A stretch of DNA of 64,000 nucleotides from a virus. The translations under genes were made by a program, and so were the position numbers. Below the pieces are notes generated by a model. That model was given only the letters and a program-made list of their open reading frames with translations. It had not been told where the DNA came from and made no database searches. Location of the stretch: the IMG/VR virus record IMGVR_UViG_3300024999_000002; one strand, given 5' to 3'. The first letter of the stretch is position 1; each line of letters starts with the position of its first letter. Of the stretch, positions 43,901 through 50,762 are shown piece by piece.

Positions 43901-46669
43901 TAATGAAGTATAGAGGAAATTCTCATCAGTTACTTCATCACTGTTTTTATCCATTGTCTTATTAATGACAGCAAGTACATTAATCCTTTTTGCCCCGAGC
44001 ATTACTGAAGTATGTTCAGCCTCTTCAGTTACATCTGTCTCTGCAGGAGTTAATGGATTTTTACCATCTTCATAGTTATCATCAATAACATCTTGAGTAT
44101 GCTTAAGATTTAATTCTGCTCTTTTAGCTATGATAGCCTCAGTTAAAGTTACATGCTCTTTCACAGACTCATCCATATCTACGGCATCTTGAACTTTATC
44201 AAGCTCATCTATAGTGGTTACTTCTGAGATTTTTTGTTCCCAAGTTTTATCTTGTTTAGGCTCGGGCTTAGTTTCAGTAGATGCCTCTTCCTGTTTAGGA
44301 TTAATTAAATCCTTAACTTTTTCAGTTGCCTTAGTAGCTGTTTCTTTTACTTTATCAACTACATCATTAATCTTTTCCTTAGCTGTCTTTCTATCTTCTT
44401 CTGCTTTCTTTCTAGCAGTTTCTTCATTCTCTTTTACAGTTTCCTCTAATTGAGACTTAATCTGATCTTTAGCATACTTTGCAAATTCTTTCTCACTAGA
44501 AAGTGTTTTGAAGTTATTTACAGATTTCTGTAAAGACTTTTCAATCCTTGCAAGTTGTTTCTCTAGGAAGTTATACTCTTTAAATCCTTCTACTCCTTCT
44601 AAAGAGAAGTTACTAATTTTATCAGAAAGAGCAGTTATCTCTTTGTTTATCTTTTCAGATTCCTTTATACTTTTAGCTTCGGCTAATTTAGTTAGAGCAT
44701 CTTGGCGTTTATCAAGTAAATCTTTATACTCTTTAGTCTGCATTGCAATTTGTTTTACATCTGCAAACTCTTTATTCAGTCTTGTTTGAGTATCTGTTTT
44801 AATTCTAGATAAAATCTTTTGTTGCGCCCCTTCTATATATAGGGACTTCGTCCATGAACTCTGTAAGCCCTTTACATTATTCTCTAGAATTTTATATTCA
44901 CCATCACTTAAAGAAGGTTTAAGTTCTTCTAATAAGTCTGTCTCACTAAAGAATGCTGTAACATTATTAGTTACATGGTCGTAAACTTGTTGAAGTTTCT
45001 TAGCCTCTTCCTTGTATTTTACAGATAAAGCATCTATAGCCTTTTGGTCTACCTCTGTATTCTCTGCTGTATTTTGTTCTATCTCTCTCTCAGCCCAAAC
45101 ATCTATCTGATTATTTAAATGGTCTAATCCATTCTCATCTCCTAAGAAATCAAAAGCAGTAACAGCGAAGTCAGTACTATTAAGTACGTCATAGCTGATA
45201 GGATCATTAGAAGCTAATGCTGATATCTTACTTATATTTTTAATCTTAGCGCTCCATTGAGATAATAGTTCTTGCTCAAGTTTCTTTGAGTCATATTCAC
45301 CCGGAACTATGTTACCTGTCTTTGGATCAATCTTAGCCATGTCGGTCATGGTTAAATGGAAGTTAGCAAGATTCTGTTTTAGAAGTTTATGTAGAGATAC
45401 CTCACCTGCCTTTTCAGCAGATTGTTCTCTAACAGCTCCAACAGTTCCACCTAAAGTACCAATGATACTTCCAAGGACAATACTCTTTTGTCCTTCATCT
45501 GTAGTGAAGTTATTAAGCCATTCTTCAGAGTACCATGGGATACTTTCAAGAAATGAAATATCTTGTCCTGCAGTTTTCTTATTGTAGTTTTGAATAGCTG
45601 TTTGAATATTTTCTTCCCAAATACCTTCACTAACTATAGACTTTCCAATATTCTTTGCTACTGCCCCAACTCTATCTCCTATAGTTAAAGGTTTAACGCT
45701 CTCTACTAGAGTACCTTCACTATTCATAATAGAGGAAATTCTGCTTTTAGAGGCTTTAAAAGGTTTAAAAAAGAAAGCATTAGTAACGTAATTAGAAGGC
45801 ATTAATGCCACTACATTACCTAGATATGTTTTCTTGGCCCCTTCTGCAGCCATGAAGTCTACTTGTTGTTTTTGAAAAGGATCTAAATATTCATAAGGCT
45901 TATTGAACAGTTCTACTGCCTGTTCTTTCCTTATTTGTTCTTGATTATCACGTGCTTCAAATCCTGCTTCATTAAAAGAGTTAAAAGTAGACATACCAAG
46001 TAATCCCATTTCATCAATAATAGGTTTAACTTTTATTGCGTTGTCTGCTACTACTCCTGTTTTAGCTGAAGAATTTAAAAATTTAGACATACCCTTACCT
46101 AATAATCTTTCTGCTCCGGCCGCCTTACCTGCCATACTTAGACCTTTGGACCCAATTAGAGAAGAAGCCATAAAAGCAAGACCGTCCACAACATCATCCA
46201 TCCAGAATTCAGTTGTACCCATTTGATCAAATACATTACCATTTAGGTATTGAGCACTTTTATAAACAGGGGCTGCTTTTTTAATTTCTTCCTCAGCATT
46301 CTCAAATAATCTAACCCAACCATTATTCAAAGCAAAGTCCATGCTGCCAGAGGTTAATCCTCCAACAAATCCTAAACCTTCCATGAATTTAGTTCCGGTA
46401 GTACCTACTAATCTAACAGCACCTGCACCTAATTTAGCACTCATAGGCTGCCTTTCTCCACGAACTGCATCTAGATTATTAATATCTGATACAGGAATAC
46501 CTTCATCATATTTGCTTTCTCCCCAATCACCTGTTACAGGTGTTGTAGGTGTTGCAATATCTTGAAGTAGTCCTTCAGATCTTTCTGTTGGCGCTAAGTT
46601 ACTACTATAAATATCACTTGAATAATCTATGTTATTCAAGTGACGTAGGTATTCTTCGTATGTTGGCAT
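34982..46669 (-). CDS. 3895-aa multidomain virion protein; candidate virion RNA polymerase (DxDxD) with a C-terminal HExxH metallopeptidase-like motif
   Basis: QMGSDFDVDKLY (residues about 2756-2760, nt 38390-38404); VLVHELIHAYT (residues about 3656-3660, nt 35690-35704); long coiled-coil region around residues 560-800. Confidence 0.55.
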   Translation of the reverse strand: MPTYEEYLRHLNNIDYSSDIYSSNLAPTERSEGLLQDIATPTTPVTGDWGESKYDEGIPVSDINNLDAVRGERQPMSAKLGAGAVRLVGTTGTKFMEGLGFVGGLTSGSMDFALNNGWVRLFENAEEEIKKAAPVYKSAQYLNGNVFDQMGTTEFWMDDVVDGLAFMASSLIGSKGLSMAGKAAGAERLLGKGMSKFLNSSAKTGVVADNAIKVKPIIDEMGLLGMSTFNSFNEAGFEARDNQEQIRKEQAVELFNKPYEYLDPFQKQQVDFMAAEGAKKTYLGNVVALMPSNYVTNAFFFKPFKASKSRISSIMNSEGTLVESVKPLTIGDRVGAVAKNIGKSIVSEGIWEENIQTAIQNYNKKTAGQDISFLESIPWYSEEWLNNFTTDEGQKSIVLGSIIGTLGGTVGAVREQSAEKAGEVSLHKLLKQNLANFHLTMTDMAKIDPKTGNIVPGEYDSKKLEQELLSQWSAKIKNISKISALASNDPISYDVLNSTDFAVTAFDFLGDENGLDHLNNQIDVWAEREIEQNTAENTEVDQKAIDALSVKYKEEAKKLQQVYDHVTNNVTAFFSETDLLEELKPSLSDGEYKILENNVKGLQSSWTKSLYIEGAQQKILSRIKTDTQTRLNKEFADVKQIAMQTKEYKDLLDKRQDALTKLAEAKSIKESEKINKEITALSDKISNFSLEGVEGFKEYNFLEKQLARIEKSLQKSVNNFKTLSSEKEFAKYAKDQIKSQLEETVKENEETARKKAEEDRKTAKEKINDVVDKVKETATKATEKVKDLINPKQEEASTETKPEPKQDKTWEQKISEVTTIDELDKVQDAVDMDESVKEHVTLTEAIIAKRAELNLKHTQDVIDDNYEDGKNPLTPAETDVTEEAEHTSVMLGAKRINVLAVINKTMDKNSDEVTDENFLYTSLPEIVGVGTKVFLSFDTTYVGDSVSYNAAGKPVVKKTTYGEIKSSTPLDVPIKIEIEVEGKRVKIGYLPTIEWTSAMKNGRSLHIANEQEGLEGNLEAQIKIITDLRKELTSQPTLNATYTINQKGIGRLIKSADKSETTVGNALPNILNLDIWGQDTQPFTIYNKGFRVQGDRLFDGDLAISDEYESRLQEGNMTGTVFVMIPTSNGKFIPTPATIGKITPGMVDAIMAAIDLRTQFSQLEDEATKEAKARAQELNSKTGGRDIMTTSGLRDFISEYVFMPSLDFKPSAGRPTIRIDADKSNIIVDYNNKSVTISLNNKDPKSKFNINYPGNKELLQEVLHRSNFSVKLSRINTGDPINILTYDKAKGEFQDSTQPYNEHVKNLVNTNLREKTAPNGKPVYTIHSVMAIDKSTEVKQEETETIAEPIVEAPKVETPKVEGTKKARIAKPKVAGLSNHLGTQVETKPDTTDALMTPEEQEEFKDKSAGLLVRDGEYMYDSEKQDEILGIIRFLIQNAYMETSKKGDIFYVRKAFDNAKRELQAYKSNLEYLAQFDTQEELNEEFEASPEYAQYSKSSLSVLKSQLSELERVLKPEVWEQFTAFSKIDLQKVGFKEVNDKLTEAAPKDSNGDEITEENGVEMGENEGGYERKGFMDGASFQLNSKNTASSRIKLWLSTLMAEESTVLGIQKAIPLDTAWDDLLEALSPVDINLYDFLGTIRNIYTENPAKMYLKQVFDKLTSQDTDFRVKNEFVSVFGKNHQSFEMVLYTRNADGSISGKVANSDRNTVQSRILGQWNENFKNSDGTTLNAKGELVVNKEGALVFKERMLKFNSKTPKEDLITFVKDLFAFTGIMMSDVAFDDTMKLLDTLNHTAFKARNKQVQSRYSVSGSFLQQFQFVKQGNPNGIFSIIVDSLTREVPKKVVDGVEVEADSVFALNNPFVGEQQEKVLKLLAAQEAKFSSVMFSKTFKNVEGKTIYAYGMHNFETLETREFINNEKLRSLLKLDSYSSRSLWLDPDYTPKLLEVLAIEYVDGMRQQARGKEGITKSDMSKRELMLDTLSRFFNNGNDEMFIVDLTKSDKSTSLMIKAPRIRFSDGKLGIDSTKFVDGKVTAESISARLLARFMNVVKGEADRMLKVNSILDSKIKEFEDKEKAVKWMKDNYGKYYEGSQYFFHFPALNNVVRKNGVMNYDLLQGEGLLTLEAVVAEEVAKMINTSIDYMKESGLATEVEQTPQEIAEGKPIKYTTPFNQKYVDKYGQGLQGEALLAFVAADYNVNYFLTTTSMMQTILGDPAMAWKGTVEKTLAEYQKREAKDIAPGMLSNTKWEFTDRRGFTWKGKRFYNTVFAKDDVSSNTVDGYAKELGYDNVAGTDAQELVTLEQYLNDLMNYGRIPEEIFASIITKIYKAKVKGDYDYNLEQNELYALKKASVVFQAQKPVQVYSSFGPDGIRTVKYIKTSAFPLIPNITKGVGLDALRIAMERGTNAKGVKGKSVDRLVFMTGVKIGGVNEVEIADADGNIHQDLQFKAEHMNQMDKNRFLIQQDVPYEATKREIVTISQMNKLLFEGILDYEGFDFLGKKGYTAAQLKNLKDELRKQLFRLAKDSLFKRLGIEDIEGVPTITKKSLPLIQKALVEEAIGRGWDINSIKSLQINEEGNFVIPLAFNNSANKIESMLLSLFNPIVKQKMSGKSFIQGSSIGFKAPKIETWNPSRLAKESGIVYTKGFDPKTGLKFLNTTEGENPEVISYCEVLIPFKFLNNKGELLDVQEYVIKEGPNKGMLDIDKVDPELLNLIGARIPNQGHSSQVAIKVVGFLPAVMGDLIIVPSQITKQMGSDFDVDKLYSYMFNTIVNEKGELKKIPSAIDTETGEINYKELDKWIREQFAGKIALRKEIEKAAKGIIKGSLEEAAAEFAEGQGEEVAEPTKAEEKAAIKKILEDRGLTMEDIQTMYSKALTKKVLQNAYIDIHWSILSNAKVMQKCLEPLDKKDLETTGDNIVNDQLFNSPGRQMDDFISQRAGKDGVSVYSRAVVGATVIQDKALHLCKIVKTDDGLIKERIFFKGFREGENPIMLTDLSGVGISKFEGEQRTKIQNLILQQSAAVDNAKDPKLDKNNFNMTTFNASIIISLLQTEKGKALDLRYNAFFLRQEIVRDFVSEMQTLSDGLNNVFTKDKNKYVIKLLKEKYLSRLATVNEKGEPVAPKYDTTNKSFSLNDMEEMLKNKGSNGADYVRDQLEILAHFSYLDEVGRELSEVFGAVSTDSKGFGKNLQEIAKKRIQIDGLSNKQLIANAEQALYGEAGDVAMYVALVDDTLNQLFPYNEAAVQEVTGELENLRNLKDINTEFRQEIFEELKSFMFTQQSLGWDWTLEELLTETDKGPSLKTLVEALKKTDFGRKNFFVRNLFVDSAVKEGQPSTVKYVASQVERTDDINVIRGFVDMLTSKDPKISELGEKLVAYAYLTGGLQEAVQFVKYVPSDYLVVKKIGQNLRTFDNVNTYKFVKQFLQHNPSYAPKSDTEAKKGILIIDGEKESDLLRKERNAYGKIVIKLAKFVTVRDRKNNRWTLFEKVSEDGITATYTQIPLLGSANLKLTGVKEYNANGTAVSLYDDNATVLKPKKALNGMDIGFDDAVANAFHEGKVAVKNYIPTRGYKGIMALNEMRKAFTDPAYKAVLDFLSAQGDYLSMEFTAEIDNDLKDAGQFDWEENSLRINPTVIKNSTKFLHNREVIASDIERVLVHELIHAYTSKLINLSETDPNNSKLTPQIKQAIAKLKYIHNFAIESLNADDKRDLKALKEELIKAKEEKRKAKVPENASRLYGYTKVSEFIAEAMSTPEFQKELNAMDFNEEQSVFARLKQVVAELLLKLGEFLGVEVRDKSVLKATITSTIDLISRGDLSTDRPSNFKEVSMIEAEYNRPDPGDISWMFDPNNKIADLSVVAEQQDLGMTVGEYMRTLDKGQRELLRQMMESKEIKFKCK

Positions 46670-46674
46670 AATTA

Positions 46675-48792
46675 TTATTTTCTTTTTCTTACTGGGTGCT
46701 CTCTATCAATTACCTTTAGGTGATCCACGAATGCTAAGGTTTGTAATTCATTTAATGATATAGGGTGATCTATTCCTTCATATAAGAAGGCACGAGTATT
46801 ATCAGGATCTGTAAGAAGAGCGTTGTTGAACATAAACTTGACTCTATTATTACCTACAGTAAACTCCATGTTTTGTTTTCCTTTAAGATTTTCTACAGAG
46901 AGATCTCTAGTTAAATTATTTGCAATCCTTAACCCATCTGATATTCTTCTTTGAGATGTTGGTAGAGCCATTTTAATAGTTTTATAACCGGTATTATTAT
47001 CTATCTGCAGATCTCCTTTAGATGTTAAAGTAACATCTGTAGGAACATCAATAGCATATAATCCAGTGCTCTTATCTATATTAACGTATTTATCAGAGTC
47101 TTTTGTAACCTTTTGTAAGTAAGCTTCTAATTTACGTGTAGCCTCAGAACTATTACCATAAACATACTTACCTGCTTCTGACATAGAAGTTGATGCCCCC
47201 TCAGAATCTGTATAGAATGATATAGATGTTGGATTGCTAGAGAGAACTCCTTTAATACCTTCACTAGCATCAGGATCTGTAATTGGGAACATTGATCCTA
47301 TTCTATTTTTAGTAAGATCACGCTTTTCATCCATTAATTTTATCCATCCTTGCTCTGTACTTGGCATTTGGTTATCTACCTCAGCTTTATCTTTTGCTCT
47401 TCTTTCCTTACCTTCTTTAGTTTCATCTTTACTTTCAGTGACCATTGCTTCGTAACTAGAATATCCTTTCATTTGAGCGAGTTCTTCCTTATAATTTGTC
47501 TTTGTAACAGCCATAGCAGACTTTACACTACCATATCTATCAATATCTTCACTTGTTTGTTGTATGCCTTTATCATAAGAATTAGCTTCAAGTGGTACTA
47601 TATTTCTTTTTATTAATTCCTCTCTCTTATTACGCGCCTTTGTTCTAAGTGCCTCTAATCCTTCTTGAGACATGCCTTGTCTATATCCTTCTTGTATACT
47701 TTTCTCTATTTGATAGTAACTACGTTCTAAATTTAAATCTTCAATATTAGTATCTATACTATTTTGTTCAACTCCATTCCATAAACGCCCACCACCAGAA
47801 GGTTGTAATCTCCAAAATCCTTTTCTATAATTAACTGCCTCAGCAAAAGATTCAGTATCTTTAATACCAGCAGATTGTAAAGCAGGCACACCTCCAGAAA
47901 CAATTTGTCTAGGTGAAGTCTTTGTAGAAGCGTCTTTATCATAACCAGGATCTCCTACATACTGATTATCTGATACATTCTTAGCAAGTCTATAAATAGC
48001 GGACTTAACATAATCCTTAGAAGACATTCCACCTGTTTTATTTTGCAAATTAACATCATCATTATAGGTAGTTTCATTTTCAAATATAGGAGCATACTCT
48101 GCAGCAGCCTGTTCTAAAGCCTTATCTATTGCTTCTGGAGTTTTACCTAATGCTGCAAGTCCTTGTGTCTTTACAGACTTAAGCATTCCTGCCACATTAG
48201 CACTAACTAATCCTGAGTCAATAACATTCTTATCTATACCATCAACAACAGCCTTCTGAATAATACCATCATAATCACTTTGTTCCTTAAACCCGGAATA
48301 ATCTACAGGAGTGTATTTACCATCAGCATCAATAGAGGCTTGCTTTCTAGGATCTCTACCCCCGGGTAAAATTAATTTACCTTGCATTTCAAGTTGATTC
48401 ATCATAGCCTCATACTTTTGAGACTCCTTATATTCTTTCTGCGCATTATTAAGTATACCCCTAGACTTTGCAATCCCTTTTAAAATCTCAGGAAGAGCAT
48501 TACCATACTGATTATCATACTTATCTTTAACAGTTTTATTAACATCCTGCATAGCTCTATCAAGAGCACTAACAGTATTGGTATAGTCAACATCCCTATA
48601 TTCACCTGATGCATTTTCTTCTATAGCCTTTGCTATGGCAGTTTGAGAAAGGTCATACCTTTGTTGTGCCTGTGCAGCAGCCTGCATCATCATTGGATTG
48701 ATGTTTTGACTATTGTAATCTATGTATGGGACATCGCCAGTATCTACTTGCTCCGGCTGCATCATTCTATTTTGATAAGGATTTCTTGCCAT
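46675..48792 (-). CDS. 705-aa virion-associated protein (unknown)
   Basis: ORF tightly coupled to its neighbours. Confidence 0.6.
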   Translation of the reverse strand: MARNPYQNRMMQPEQVDTGDVPYIDYNSQNINPMMMQAAAQAQQRYDLSQTAIAKAIEENASGEYRDVDYTNTVSALDRAMQDVNKTVKDKYDNQYGNALPEILKGIAKSRGILNNAQKEYKESQKYEAMMNQLEMQGKLILPGGRDPRKQASIDADGKYTPVDYSGFKEQSDYDGIIQKAVVDGIDKNVIDSGLVSANVAGMLKSVKTQGLAALGKTPEAIDKALEQAAAEYAPIFENETTYNDDVNLQNKTGGMSSKDYVKSAIYRLAKNVSDNQYVGDPGYDKDASTKTSPRQIVSGGVPALQSAGIKDTESFAEAVNYRKGFWRLQPSGGGRLWNGVEQNSIDTNIEDLNLERSYYQIEKSIQEGYRQGMSQEGLEALRTKARNKREELIKRNIVPLEANSYDKGIQQTSEDIDRYGSVKSAMAVTKTNYKEELAQMKGYSSYEAMVTESKDETKEGKERRAKDKAEVDNQMPSTEQGWIKLMDEKRDLTKNRIGSMFPITDPDASEGIKGVLSSNPTSISFYTDSEGASTSMSEAGKYVYGNSSEATRKLEAYLQKVTKDSDKYVNIDKSTGLYAIDVPTDVTLTSKGDLQIDNNTGYKTIKMALPTSQRRISDGLRIANNLTRDLSVENLKGKQNMEFTVGNNRVKFMFNNALLTDPDNTRAFLYEGIDHPISLNELQTLAFVDHLKVIDREHPVRKRK

Positions 48793-48794
48793 AA

Positions 48795-50708
48795 TTATCT
48801 AGCTCTTTCTCTTGTTCTATATTTCCTTGAATACCAAGGGCCTTGTTCCTGTAACTCTACATTAGGATTCATCATCTGCATTAAAGCAGCATCTTGTTTA
48901 GATCTCATATATCCTGCAGTACCTTGATTAATAGCATTAAGTACATTATTCATTCTTTGTTGTCCTTGGGCATTTTCCATATTAGCCATTTGTGCATTAT
49001 ACATTTGAGCTTGTAACTTAGCTTGTTCACTTGGGCCACCTTGTGGAAGTTGATTGTTATACATTTCTTCCTTCTGATATGATTGGCCTAATTGATCACC
49101 TAAAACTCTTTGTACTCCTACTTCACTAGCCCCAACATTAGCTTTATATTGTTGAGCAGATGTTCCACCCTTTAAAACTCTTCTAGTATTTGATCTAGCT
49201 AAATTAGCTTGTTCTCTTGCAGAAGCACGCTCTCTTTCTAGAGATATTCCTACAGGTGCAGCACCTGATTCATCTAGCTTAATTCTGTTCTTACTTCTTC
49301 TATTTGCTCCTATTTGGCTAATAACATTTCCTAATATTGGAGCAACCATTCCTGCAGCAGCCATTCCAGCTGAACCTCCTGAGTATGTTCCCCAATCTTG
49401 AGTTCCCGCTTGTCCAGTCATTCCAGGCATTCCAGGCTGTAGTGCTGAGTTAATTTGGGAACCTGTAGGTAAAGGTGTATTAATTTGTGGTATAGGTAAA
49501 GACTGAAGTGGATTTAATATACCTCCGTCATCATATTTAGGCAGACCACCACCAGTAGCAAAATTTCTTAACATCTTAATTCTACCCCCAGTTCTCATCT
49601 TAACATCTCCCCCAGTCATCTCCATGGCCTGTTTAAGTGCCTCTTGATTATCCTCTAATTCTTTAGACTCCTTATCAAAAGCTTTCTTAGAAATAGGATC
49701 AGTAATCTTACCATTCTTCATTCTAAGTTTATATCTACTTTGTATTTTCTTTGCAGCATCTGCAAATGTTTCACCTTTTCTCATTTCTAATTTATCTGAG
49801 TATATATAGGTCTCTCCTCCATTACCTGGATTCTTACCTACTTCTCCGCCCTCTACTAATGCATTAGGTTGGCCTAAATTAACAGAACCTGTTCCATCAA
49901 CAGGTATACCCCCATCAGGGCCTTCATGACTCTGGCCGATATAATTAATAACACCCCCATTTCTTTTACCTACTAGCCCTGCATAATTAGGGTTAGTTCT
50001 AAATAAAGCAGGGTTAGCCACTTTTAGACTATCAAAGCTTGCCTCATTATAACTTTTGGTATTGTATATTCCTTCTGGATCCCTAGTAGTTACATCTCTG
50101 TATATTCCGCCAGGTTTCGCGGGAGTTCCAAATTGTTCATTTCTCCTAGTAATATTTTGTAGGGCTGTTCCTCTTTCTGTATGTGGTCTTAAAGTAGGAT
50201 CAAATCCTTGCTCAAAGCCGGGTTGACCTTCCCACCCTGCTGCTGCATATCCTTTAATTTGGCCTTTGTCATTATATACAGGTGTTGGATTTGTAGGTGT
50301 AGTAGGTACAGAACTATTTGTTAAAGGCCCGCCCTTAGCATGTTTCCTTAGTCTGCCCCCATATCTAGCAACAGTCCCCATAGGTAACTGTTGATTATTA
50401 GCCTGTAATGCTTGTAATTGTCCTTGAGCTTGGTTTTTAGCATTAGCTTGGGCATTCATAGCATTTTGTTGCGCTTGTGCTTCATCTGCCGCAGCATTAC
50501 CAGCAATTGCACCACCAGTAGAACCCCCAAGAGAAGCCCCAAGCATAGCCCCTGTAGGTCCAGCAATTAACCCCCCGGCCACAGCCCCTAATGCAGGGGC
50601 TATAATACCAGCACTTTTCTTTAACCAACTACCAAATCCATACTGTTCTAAGTCATCATAGGACATCTGTGTTGATTTATTATATCTTCTAACTTTCTTT
50701 CTGGTCAT
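48795..50708 (-). CDS. 637-aa low-complexity (G/A/Q/N/P-rich) protein, probably an internal virion or ejected protein
   Basis: GGLIAGPTGAMLGASLGGSTGGAIAGNAAADEAQAQQNAMNAQANAKNQAQGQLQALQANNQQ, plus Q/N/M-rich stretches in the C-terminal region. Confidence 0.6.
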   Translation of the reverse strand: MTRKKVRRYNKSTQMSYDDLEQYGFGSWLKKSAGIIAPALGAVAGGLIAGPTGAMLGASLGGSTGGAIAGNAAADEAQAQQNAMNAQANAKNQAQGQLQALQANNQQLPMGTVARYGGRLRKHAKGGPLTNSSVPTTPTNPTPVYNDKGQIKGYAAAGWEGQPGFEQGFDPTLRPHTERGTALQNITRRNEQFGTPAKPGGIYRDVTTRDPEGIYNTKSYNEASFDSLKVANPALFRTNPNYAGLVGKRNGGVINYIGQSHEGPDGGIPVDGTGSVNLGQPNALVEGGEVGKNPGNGGETYIYSDKLEMRKGETFADAAKKIQSRYKLRMKNGKITDPISKKAFDKESKELEDNQEALKQAMEMTGGDVKMRTGGRIKMLRNFATGGGLPKYDDGGILNPLQSLPIPQINTPLPTGSQINSALQPGMPGMTGQAGTQDWGTYSGGSAGMAAAGMVAPILGNVISQIGANRRSKNRIKLDESGAAPVGISLERERASAREQANLARSNTRRVLKGGTSAQQYKANVGASEVGVQRVLGDQLGQSYQKEEMYNNQLPQGGPSEQAKLQAQMYNAQMANMENAQGQQRMNNVLNAINQGTAGYMRSKQDAALMQMMNPNVELQEQGPWYSRKYRTRERAR

Positions 50709-50726
50709 ATGTATCTAATTCTTAAG

Positions 50727-50758
50727 CAAATGTAAAACATTATTTTGGAATTTCCAAA
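50727..50758 (-). promoter_or_regulatory. Host-type promoter upstream of the 637-aa gene
   Basis: Minus strand: TTTG-N20-TACATTTG, 18 nt before ATG; the spacer contains the palindrome TTGGAAATTCCAA. Confidence 0.5.
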
Positions 50759-50762
50759 TATT

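Noticed and set aside
34953-46565. Many 60-150-aa plus-strand ORFs inside the giant minus-strand genes (for example 34953-35408, 37245-37523, 38439-38747, 40488-40796, 44508-44789), and similar ones inside 31060-34980 and 46675-61310
   Set aside because: They are antisense to long, motif-bearing ORFs. They are rich in S/L/F/I, as expected from the complement of AT-rich coding sequence, and lack start contexts or conserved motifs.
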